A stretch of 32,000 nt of DNA, taken from positions 60,001 to 92,000 of the forward strand of contig NW_008806275.1 of assembly GCF_000400465.1 (NCBI RefSeq). The letters are read 5' to 3'. A model generated the notes under the pieces. The model ran no database searches. It saw nothing but the letters and a program-made list of their open reading frames with translations, and was not told where the DNA came from. Positions 9,036 to 19,260 of this stretch are shown here, one piece after another (positions within the stretch are counted from its first letter, which is position 1; the number at the start of each line of letters is the position of its first letter). Made by a program: the position numbers and the translations under genes. This stretch comes from Wallemia ichthyophaga EXF-994 (taxonomy: Eukaryota; Fungi; Basidiomycota).

Positions 9036-9935
9036 CTAGAACTTGAACACCTTCTCTATTGGCACACCAAGCTGTGCAAGTGCACCGCTGATCTCTCCTT
9101 GCGAACCATCCTGTGCTTTGTTGCCCGAGATAGCCTCCATCTGCGGAGGTGGTCCACACACGAATATCTGATAAGCACGTCAGCCACGCTACTCAGGATA
9201 CTCAGGCTACCCAATCTACACTCACTTTGTAATTGTCAGTGTCCTTGATTTGATCTGCTATCAGATCCTTGTTGATAAAGCCATGCAAGCCATCCCAGCT
9301 GCCATCTGGCTGATCGACCGTGTACACAACTCTGAAGCGCTTCGCATGCTTCTTTTCCATCTCGTTAAACTCCTCACGCAGGAGAATATCCCCAGGCGTT
9401 TTATTACCGTAAAGGAGCGTGAAACATGTCTTGTCGTGTGCGTCATCTAACGAGTGAAGGAGTTGCTGATAGAGTGGAGTTATACCTGCGAGTGGAATAT
9501 GAGTTTGAGGATATGCTCTGCTCTTCACCCACCTGAGCCACCACCAATCAAGATAACCCTATCCCAAGTATTTGGCTCATACTGGATTTTTGTTATTTGT
9601 TTGCCTATGTCGACGTGATCACCAGGCTGCAATGAGTGGAGGTGGGGCGTCATCTTGCCATCCTCATAACGCTTGATGGTGAATTCAATCTCTCCGCGCC
9701 TGTCAACCTCGCTCGTCGGCGTGTAGGGACGCATGATTGGATTCTTCATCCCTGGCTTGTGCCACCTCATCATGGTAATCGCATTGACGTTGAGACCGCA
9801 GTAGCTGTCTGGAGATGACAGAGCAAAGGTGAAACGCTTGACGTCGTGGTTTACTTGTTGGGTGCGGATAAGACGGTGTGGCTGGAATCCATCGGCTTTG
9901 AGACCATTCGCTGGCTGTGGAGATTTGTAGACCAT
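9036..9935 (-). CDS. MCR1: NADH-cytochrome b5 reductase, Mcr1-like, 264 aa; exons 9935-9533, 9485-9226, 9167-9036
   Basis: RPYTP flavin motif, IGGGSGITPLYQ NADH motif, IFVCGPPPQM, and the Mcr1-type C-terminus QGEISGALAQLGVPIEKVFKF. Introns of 47 and 58 nt. Confidence 0.85.
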
Positions 9936-10263
9936 CTGTTGTACTCGAGTAAATCTAATCGTGGTGGATTGAGTTCAAGGAGAATGACTGCCCGAGAAAT
10001 CACACTTGTTCAAAATTGAGCGTATTGAGAGATGAGTAGGTGCATGTTATGCACTGAGCCTCATTGAGTATATCAGTGTACTCATCTCTGCAATTTTGGA
10101 TGAAAATCCCAGCCACTATCAATTGTGGGCATTCGGGCCCTCTTAATTAAGCACGACAAACACGATTAAGAAGAAGAGGAAGAAACGGCACACAAGATTA
10201 GCGCAGAGTACTAGATTAAATTGTTATCAGTACAGCCAGCGCATTTATAGTCACATCGATTTG

Positions 10264-10298
10264 CCACCAGCAACCAGCCACTAGTCACCAGCCACCGG
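10264..10298. repeat. Five degenerate 7-nt tandem units in the MCR1/cyclin divergent promoter
   Basis: CCACCAG CAACCAG CCACTAG TCACCAG CCACCGG. The array creates CAGCCAC at 10275 and 10289. Confidence 0.7.
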
Positions 10299-10419
10299 CA
10301 TAGCGATAATGTTCTCAATCCAAGCTGCATCTGCAGCTTTACTTTAAGTGGTTATCTATCACGGTTATTGTCCTCACTTTGAATTTATTTGAAATATTCA
10401 AAGTTAGGAACTCTTTAAA

Positions 10420-11543
10420 ATGACAGAAATCTGGCATTATCAGAATTCGAGCCACAATTCAAACTACAATTCACCAGCCTCAACGTCCTCTTCAGTTCAC
10501 TCCAACCACTCCAACCACTCGTCCCAGTACAACACCTCTCCAACCTCCTACGATAACAACTCGTCGAATGAGTACCTCCCCAGACTACAATCCCTCTCTT
10601 TGGATGCTCCCAAAGCTCCAGTCGCACAGCCACTTCCCACTCCACCAACCGCCTCTTCCGCTAGAGGCACTAAACGTTGCAGATCATCCTCATATGCCTC
10701 GGACAGCTCACAGGGCAGCTTCTCGGCTAGCCCCTCTGACGATCTAGTTGCTCGTGAAAGGAAATCTTTTGCTGACGGTCTCATTGGTAAGTTTTTATTA
10801 CCATTCGAGGTCAGTGTTGATTTAGTCATTTCATTCTAGACACCGCCGTATTCACCGTTGAAGCTATATGGAAATGTCCCTTACCTGAAGATCCTAGTCC
10901 TAGATCCATCGAAGATTCTCAACTGCCTTTGAAGTGCTTTATTAGGGAGACCCTGCGCAGATCCAAGACATCGTCGCATATCCTCCAAGTTGCACTCTTT
11001 TACTTGTTCAAAATTAGAGATAAAGTGAAATGCAGACGAGCCGAAGCTGCTCAGATGTTGTGCGGCAACCAGGTTGAAACATGCGAAGACAGTCTCCTCT
11101 GCGGGAGGAGAACGTTCCTCTCAGCACTGATCCTATCAAACAAGTATCTCTCGGAACGGAATTACAGCAATCGTGCGTGGTCGAAAATGTCAGGTTTGAC
11201 TGCAAACGAGATAAGCTCGAATGAGAGAGCTTTCTTGATACTGATAAGCTACGATTTGAACGTGTCTGAGTCGACATGGAGACGTTGGGTGGCGTTTCTC
11301 GGTACGTTGGTGGACAAGCAAGCCAAGTTACCACAGACATCCCAATCAGAAGACGTTGATGATGAGAGAAGCTGCAAACGCACTTGTCTGCAGACTTCGC
11401 CGTCCGGTTCGAATACTGCCACACCGAAGCCATCGTCAACTAGACTGAATGAGCAGGTTTCACAGGGCGTGGAATCATATAGTAGCAAGGTCAGTTGGGA
11501 GGGTGTTAAAGCAGCTTCAGCCTCGAGTACAGCAGCAGTATAG
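10420..11543 (+). CDS. Pho85-family cyclin, Pcl5/Pas1-like, 356 aa; exons 10420-10786, 10840-11543
   Basis: Cyclin box FIRETLRRSKTS..ILQVALFYL and LCGRRTFLSALILSNKYLSERNYSNRAWSKMSGL. Ser/Asn-rich N-terminus. One 53-nt GTAAGT..TAG intron. Confidence 0.85.
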
Positions 11544-11745
11544 ATTCTTTTCATTGGGTTTTATCTATTTTATCTCAACTTCACATTATCTAGCCGGGTT
11601 AATAGTGAGTACTATGTGCAGCTTATTTTCTATGTCTATCACAAATAATGTTGTAAAAACGAAATTTATTTCAATTTAGATTTTCATTTTAGCAGCCACA
11701 CACTAAAGTCACTCCAACTTGTACTATCGCGAGGTGACGCGTGAA

Positions 11746-13989
11746 ATGAGAAGATCAGCGCGCAATCAAAGTGCAGTGGAATTAGAGACAGAAGCGCAGA
11801 GGCAGATGCAGGCTAACACGCCCAGTAAGAATAAGGTTGTGGACGTAAAGAAACCCAAGAAGCTAGCAGCGACTGATTCTATCGTCAAACTAAAGGGCAG
11901 CTCAGATGATGAGACTGAGAATAAGCCAGCGGTAACGCCTAGAAGATCGAGGAGAAACTCGGAGCGTCCGCAAGAGAGGCCCAGCTCATCTAGTTTGGAG
12001 TTTAGAAACACCCCATCTAAAAGTACACCAAGGAGAGCGACACCAATCAGAGCAACACCACCGTCGTCCACATCCAAACCAGCTGCACTAGCAACCAAAG
12101 CAACCAAAGCAACCAAAGCAACTCCCGTCAGGTCGATAACACGCACAAGCACACCCGTATCAGCGGATAGGGCTAAAGCGCGCGCACAGATGGCAGAAGA
12201 TGCTGAAGGCGAGCCTAGTAGTAGCAGTAGTAGCAGTAGTAGCAGTAGTGACGAAGAGCGCCATGCTTCTGATTACAGCAAGAGCGACAGCGGAGAAGAG
12301 GATGAGATAGAGGCGGACAAGAGCGACGACGATGACGTGCATGTCGACGTGAAGGATGAGATTCTCTCAAGTGATGACGACACAGACACGCGCAAGAGAA
12401 GACGCGGCGGCGTGAGTGCGACACCGCGCAAAAACAAAAGCAGGATAATGGGAAATATTACTCCATCTGCTAAGCGTAACCTGCAGCAGAGAAGAGCTGC
12501 CAATTCGTGGGTGTGAATCAAGTCAGCCAGTGTCTATCTAACCCCAGCCATAACTTCAGAGTAAGACCACTTCCTGCACCAGCTATTGAAAGCTTGAACG
12601 ATACCACAGACAGAGATGCTGTATCTCTGTCACGCGCTTTGCTCCACGTAGGAGCTACTCCAGGATACCTCCCTTGTCGCGAAGATGAGTATTTGATGAT
12701 TGAAGGGTGCATTGAGAGTCTACTTGAAGATGGACAGGGTGGATGTGTTTGTGAGTGGCTAGCTACTTCCTCTACAAGGCTTACACGCTCAGATATCTCT
12801 GGTACACCAGGCACTGGTAAAACAGCCACGGTACATTCAGTCATTAGAGGGCTGATAGACCGTTCAAATAACCAGGTGCGGTTGGTTTTAGCGTCTTATT
12901 CTTCTAACAATCACGTGCAGGAAATATCGCCATTCAAATATGTCGAAATTAACGGGCTCAGAGTCTCAGAACCGGCACGCGCGTATCCTATTCTTTGGGA
13001 AGGTCTCACCAACGACGCGATGAGTCTCTCTCCCAGAGCTGCTTTGAACGCTCTCGAGAGGTATTATGGCGAGGGTCAGAATGACCAAGCATGTGTCCTG
13101 CTTATGGACGAGCTTGATCAAATGGTTACAAGCAAGCAGAGTGAGGTTTATAACTTTTTCAATTGGCCCAATATGCCGCGTTCGAAGCTTATCGTTGTCG
13201 CTGTCGCCAACACCATGGACCTTCCTGAGCGTGTTTTACGCGGTAAAGTTAAGAGTAGATTGGGTGAGTTATATGTGTGTTTTATCTGACACTATGCTTA
13301 ACTCTATTTCTTTCTAAGGTATGGAACGCATCAACTTCGCTCCTTACGACCGTATGCAGTTGATAGAAATAGTGCAATCGCGTTTGCGCTACGCGATTAG
13401 TTTGGCCGAACAACGCGACTACTCGCTTCTCACAGACGAAGACACACGAGGGCTATTTGACGAGGACGCAGTAAAGATAGCAGCTGCGAAAACGGCTTCT
13501 GTGCAGGGCGACGCTCGACGGATGCTGGAAGTGTGCAGACAGACGCTCGAACGAGCGGCTTTACTGCCCGTCAAAACCAGCAACGTTCAACAGACGCTTA
13601 AAGCAATGTCACTCAGCCCTCTCAGTCGGATGATGGCCAATCTGAGTCTGTCTGCGAAGATCATGCTCGTATGCGCGATGCGATGCGCTGCTGCAGCTGG
13701 AATGGGAACGGGGGAGTGTAGGTGGGGCGATGTGTCAAGTTTGCACCAGAAACTCTCCTCACAGTTGGTGTCATACACACCGGTCATCCCGCTCAGTAGG
13801 ACTGATCAGTATCAAGTACTATCCAACCTCGCCGCTACCAGAATCGTGCTTGCTCACGAACCTGGTGCTCCAAACTATGGCCTCAATAAGGGAAGCGATG
13901 CCGAGAGAATGATTATTTTGAATGTTCCTGAGGCTGACGTGAGGAGAGTGCTGGGTGAGGATACTAGATTTCATTCTGTATTGGGATGA
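11746..13989 (+). CDS. ORC1: Origin recognition complex subunit 1, 682 aa; exons 11746-12506, 12560-12750, 12793-12875, 12921-13263, 13319-13989
   Basis: AAA+ motifs YISGTPGTGKTATV, LLMDELDQMV, YNFFNWP, VANTMDLPERVL and SRLG are characteristic of Orc1. Introns of 53, 42, 45 and 55 nt keep the frame. Confidence 0.9.
12091..12248 (+). repeat. Coding microsatellites in ORC1 (GCAACCAAA x3 = ATK repeats; AGTAGC/AGTAGT poly-Ser)
   Basis: Directly visible: GCAACCAAA x3 at 12091-12117 and an AGT/AGC run at about 12217-12248. Confidence 0.8.
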
Positions 13990-14198
13990 AGGTTTTCTGA
14001 ATGTATTGGTGGATGTATTTATGGAGTTCGTTGATGAAATTATTCACTTCGCCTGTCTTAGCTTGTGTGGGAGTTTTATGTGAGCGTGTCTGTATATTTC
14101 TTATGTTGTAGCCATGTGTATGTCTTTGTGTGTGCGTATTCACGCGTTTGCCCAGTTTTATTATCTTCCTCACTACCACCATCACCAACACCACGCCT

Positions 14199-17100
14199 AT
14201 GGGAGACTTCCATAAGATCCACCGATATTTCAGTCCGCTACTATCAATACTCGCAGATAGCAGCGTCGAAGATCTCCTCGGACGGTCTAATTCGATCTCC
14301 ACGCTATCAGATCTCTTGCGTCCATTCGACGTATTGCATAATGTACCTCTGCGGACGAGTCTCTTGGAAACGCACCACGCACCCTCCTTCTATCTACGCT
14401 TCAATGAGCTCGCTCAGCTTGATGCCGACGCCGATGAGTTGCACAGCGTCGTAGAGAACGCAGCAAATGATGCATTGGATGTACACGGTGCACAGAATCC
14501 ACTCAATCAGTATGATCATTTCGTAGACGCAGTTCTCTCCCACCACGACCTCCTCCCGTACTCCACCTTCCATCATCCGGCAGCATTTATCCTCGCAACG
14601 ACCACGACACACAGCGATCCCATAGCACAGCTCGCTCGACTCGCTCAGCAGGTGTCGCTGCCAGATGCCTATGCCAAGCGCACATACATGAACGCGACGC
14701 CCAACTATGTCCTCCGATACTACGTCCTCATACACGATTCACAGGATGGCAGTATTAGTATGGATGGCGCGCGTGAGCTGCTGGAGAAGGCTAAGAGGGC
14801 ACATGGGATTCACTGTGCTATGCTAATTATCAACTCTAAGGACAAAGCAGGCGTACATACCAATGACGATCTCGTTGCTCGCACGTACGGAAACGCTAGC
14901 GGTCACAGTCTCGACGCTTCAGATCTCACCGTCGTGAGGGCGTTCGTCAGGGAGCTTGTCGTCCAATCACTCATACCATGGATGGAAAAATGCACTCGTG
15001 ACTGGAACCAGCTGGTAAGTTGGTTCTTGGTGGCTTTTAAAACTTGCTAAATAAGCTCCAACCCAGTTCGTTGCAAATAGGAAGGGATTCGCTAATAAGC
15101 TGTTCTCTTCCTTTGGCGTTTCGAGGAAGTGGACTGCGCAGCAATCACCCGCTAGAGCTATCAACAGCGCTGCTTCGCCAGGATCGTTTATCAGCTCAGA
15201 GAAGATGTAAGTGGTGTGTTTGTGTGAAGCTGTAGCATAAGCGTTACGTCGACATTCTCATATTAACATTCACACTCCAAGATACCCATCAACTACCCAC
15301 GAAGCTACCTTCCGCAGACTGGCAGACTTTGCTTTCATGTTACGTGACTACAAGCTCTCAGCTCAGGTATACAGTCAGACGCGGCGAGATGTGGCCGAGG
15401 AGCCCGAAGCATATCACTACGCAGCCTCTGCTAACGAGATGCTGGGGCTATCGCATCTTCTCTCTCCGCACTCTCCAACGTCGACACTCGACCTCACACT
15501 GGAGCACCTCAAAGAAGCTTCGCGCGTGTGGGGTGAGACGGGAGAACGTAATGACAGCGCGCAGGCTGTGCGTGCTACGATACTATTCGTCGAGTCATTC
15601 AGAGCGCGCGGATCATCTGGTCTAGTCATACCTGCAGCACTCATCGGTGCGGCCAGCGGAGGTGCTGTGCACCACGCCATAATGCTCAGTGAGGCTGCAT
15701 TGGCGTATGAAAACCACGTTAGACCTTACAAGCGCAAGGCGTGTCTCTACTATGCCAGGGCAGCATCTTTATACGAAGCCAATGGGAAATTGGAACATGC
15801 TAGATGGTGCTACTCTCACTGCGATACTAGAAAATTCCCCTTTGTCGTGCAAGCTCTAGGTAGGCTAGCTAGTGAGTCCAACAAGCAGGAGGCTGCTAAT
15901 CTTTTCACTGAGGCACTGCGCTATGATGGTGATGAAGCGCTGCTAGATAATTGGAGACTGAGTGTTAAAGAAGAGGGCGTTGATGTGAAATCCCTATCAC
16001 TCCCATTCCCTTTTTTCGATAAGTCAGCGACTGTTATCTACGACCAAAGTCAGAATTCCACCACGAGCAGGAGATCGGAGGCTATTTTCAGCAGCCTTGA
16101 GCAAACGCTGGATGTAGATAGCAGCAAGCCTGATGCAAGTGTCGACGTAGACGCAGGAGAAACCTTCCACGTCCAAATATTCCCCCGCAACCCTTTCCAT
16201 GGCGGCATAACTTTGAGCGACCTGGAGCTCAACTTCGATGGCGATGGGAGGGTGGATGTGGAGCGACTCGACAATTTGGTGGAACTGGCTGCCATGCAAG
16301 CCCTTCCGCTTACCTTCAAATGCAGTATACCCACCCCATCTGCCGTTAAACTCAGCAGCGTTTCCTTCACACTGGACGGGCTTGCGAGGTTTACAGAGTC
16401 ATTGACGAGGAATGGACGGAGACTGAACGATACCAAAGAGCAGCGCATCGGCAGATTCTATGCGCCCGACTTATCACTACAGGTTAGAGCCCACGAAGCG
16501 TCCCCGAAGCTGTCGGCGAGCTTAGTGGGTGTCCCGCAGCGCATGGGTTTGGGCGAGGGGCGTTTAGCTCACCTCGTCCTCAACAACACCGGGCTATTGG
16601 ATGTGGACGATATTCGAGTGGCGGTTAATGAGCAGTCCTTTGTTGTGCTCGGTGTGGATGGCGGGATAGATAGTGCGCTCGATTTTTACAAACAGCAAAA
16701 AGGTGCGAGTAATGAGAAGTGTCGTGTCGAGAACAACTTGCTGCCCACTCAGCCGTTGGCCCTCCATGAGAGTATCAGAAGCGGGGAGAAGATGTCCATT
16801 CCCGTGCTCGTCAGAGGCGATGGCGTGGGCAAGCGAGCACTCCATCTACTTATCACGTACAAGCAGAAGGTGTGTTTTGTTTAGTTGCACTTACTCAGCT
16901 AACTCAGGATAGGATCGCACTTTACAACCTAGCACATCACAGCATGAAAGATCGCAGCGCACTTGGCACTCTCAACACAGCGTCAAAAGATTGCTGCACA
17001 TAGTCGATATTCGACCAGTGGTGGATGTGAAACTCGCCGCACATCCAAGCAAGGCGCCAGTCGGCGGCTACGAGCTTTCGCTTGAGATAGAGAATGTGGT

Positions 17101-18061
17101 GCCTGATTCGCAGGTAGACATAACGCAAGTGACGTTTGTATCTCCTGCATGGAAATGCGTAGGGGATCTGCAGGAGATGTCGCTGAGTTTTGAGGAAATG
17201 GTCAAACAGCATTTCAGGGCGGAATTAAGTGAGGAGTACGTAGCGTCGGATGGATATAGGACGCAAGAGTACATGGTGGACAGGATGGCGACGTATTTGC
17301 AGGGCAAAGATATGGCAGATACGCACCCACCGCCTGTGCATGTGCTCGCCACACACCTCGCCAACGCAACGGATGAATACATCCCATTTACTCAGACATC
17401 GCTCTTGAATATCATGATGAACGCTAGACGCAACCTCCGGCAGATCACACTGGCACACGAATTCAAAAGCTTGCACAAGGACTTGCAGCCTCACCTGTTC
17501 CCGCTCATGGAGATGGGTGAGGGGGACGTAATGGTGTGCTGGCGGATGGGCGACAGGGTCGGACACGCGCTTGTATCGGGACTGGTGATGGGCGCGCGAG
17601 AGGGACTTACGGGGAGGATAGCGGAGAGGGTGAAGCAGTCGAAAGATGTCAGGAGCGTCTTGTACGCGTCGACAATCAAAGAGCGCGAAAGAACACTAGT
17701 GGAGCTGAGCAAGAGTCGCTACAACGTGAACGACATGCCGATCATCGTTAACACTTACACGCCATCGACTATCAACCACCTTTTCGAACAAGAACCTGAG
17801 TTAAGGTTGAGCGTCGACGTCAGTCTGTTCAATAACTCGATCAGTAAAGAGGTGGAGTGCACGTTGAGCGTGAGGGATAAAATGGAGGGGCTGACTGTGC
17901 CGACGAGGATTTTTGAAAGGACAGTGCAGCCGCAGCAGGCGGAGATGGTCAATATACCACTCGTATGCACCGCACCCGGTGTGCACAAGTTAAGGGAGAT
18001 GGTCCTGTCATTGGGGACATCGAACTATGTCGTCAAGTTGAATGATATTGTTGTTATTTAG
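14199..18061 (+). CDS. TRS85: TRAPP III-specific subunit Trs85/TRAPPC8, about 1230 aa; exons 14199-15014, 15067-15206, 15282-16869, 16913-18061
   Basis: STFHHPAAFILATT, ELVVQSLIPWMEKCTRDWN and RRLADFAFMLRDYKLSAQVY are conserved Trs85 segments. Introns of 52, 75 and 43 nt restore one frame. Confidence 0.88.
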
Positions 18062-18219
18062 ACAAATGCATTGCTAGATCTAATTGAAATACACCACTTA
18101 CCTTAATATGAATCATATATTGCGTGAACAAAAGAAAATTCTCGTAAGTCAGTCCACAAGTTGAAATGTTCTTGGCTGCTGATTATGATTAAAACTTATA
18201 AATAGCAATTTACGATCCA

Positions 18220-18795
18220 ATGAGCTACATAGATTTCCCTTTACACATGGTACCGGTAACAATAGCTTATACGAATTATTTGGGTTGCTTCATCGGCAAA
18301 CATACTAAAGCACTACAATTATCCAGCTATGACAGATTAACACCATTTCATTTAGAAGACTTTTCCATTAAATCTCTTCCAAAACCAAAGTCATTCGAGC
18401 CGGAAAATCTTAATCCAACCAAAATCGCCCAAACAACCTTATTCTCAGGAATAATGTCGTTTATTTACTTCAAATATCAATGAGCAGTAGCAGAGCTGTG
18501 CTCAATCCTTGACTCAGGGATTAAGCACTGCGCAAGAGGACTGCTACGCAAACACAAAGATCAAAATGAAGGAAAGCCTTGTGTCTGTCCTCAAGTTACC
18601 TGGATTTCTACGCTCCCACTCAAAAAGTACGTGATTTTTCATAGGCAGGTTAACTTTGTTTTAGCAAGATGGGCACATTTGCAAAAGGAGAAAGGAGATA
18701 GAAGTAGTTCAACTACAACAACAAATACAAATCGACCACCTTTTCACTCACCACTCAGCCCACAACGCTTCAAGACCAGCACTATAATGCGTTGA
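18220..18795 (+). pseudogene. Orphan frame: 87 codons, single TGA (18481-18483), then 103 more sense codons to TGA at 18793-18795; pseudogene, readthrough gene or chance
   Basis: Translated by hand; only one in-frame stop interrupts the frame in an AT-rich region. No recognisable homology. Confidence 0.3.
18484..18549. other. Imperfect inverted repeat / RNA stem-loop with TGACTCA at its apex
   Basis: Inner arm 18498-18528 pairs at 13 of 14 positions (GTGCTCAATCCTTG / CAGGGATTAAGCAC, ACT loop). The outer arm GTAGCAG (18487-18493) is the reverse complement of CTGCTAC (18541-18547). Confidence 0.7.
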
Positions 18796-18908
18796 TCACA
18801 AGCGGATAGAAAGCGATTTTGAGATAATGAGAAATAGATTCAATTGGTGTTGAAATAGAATAAAGGTGACAAAGCTCATCTGAGTAGCCAGGGCTTTCCT
18901 CGCTTCAT

Positions 18909-18930
18909 CAGACTTCAGACTTCAGACTTC
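18909..18930. repeat. CAGACTT x3 tandem repeat in the long region upstream of PMC1
   Basis: CAGACTT CAGACTT CAGACTT C is directly visible. Confidence 0.8.
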
Positions 18931-19260
18931 TTTTTGGAAAAATCTTACGAATCAGATGAGACGGCTCACAGGAGAAATAAAGGGATAATGAACAAACAAG
19001 TCCTGAAATTTGATGGTGCTTATTAAATATTAAGCCTAACCTGAACCTCACCTACGATAAAGCAATTTGGTTTAGATTCTCGAAGGAAACGTCATAATGA
19101 TTTCCATTGAGAACTATCTACTATCCTTGTTGGAACATGGACTTTCCTTTCTTGAATTCTTACGTCTGCCACCAACAACTTTAACATTGTTAGTCTTATC
19201 CTAATCACATACTCAAACTCACTCTCACAAGGCAACCACTGAAGGTTTGACAATCAAGCT

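Noticed and set aside
11737-11742. MCB element ACGCGT next to the ORC1 start
   Set aside because: It lies only 4 nt before the ATG, and ACGCGT occurs at least seven other times in the window, mostly in coding sequence, so it is not informative.
15207-15281. 75-nt TRS85 intron 2 as another composite intron
   Set aside because: The internal AGs are not followed by GT and lack a preceding branch motif, so it is treated as an ordinary longer intron.
18096-18106. ACTTACCTTAA resembling the 5' end of U1 snRNA
   Set aside because: No U1 stem-loops or Sm site follow. It is simply the reverse complement of an AAG|GTAAGT donor-like word.
18481-18549. UGA plus hairpin read as a selenocysteine/SECIS signal
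   Set aside because: The Sec machinery is known only from some early-diverging fungi, not Dikarya. The stem also lacks the AUGA/GA quartet of a eukaryotic SECIS.
18961-18968. ACGGCTCA as a Crz1 site upstream of PMC1
   Set aside because: It mismatches the GNGGC(G/T)CA consensus at the first position and is a single copy; it is expected biologically but not supportable from the sequence.
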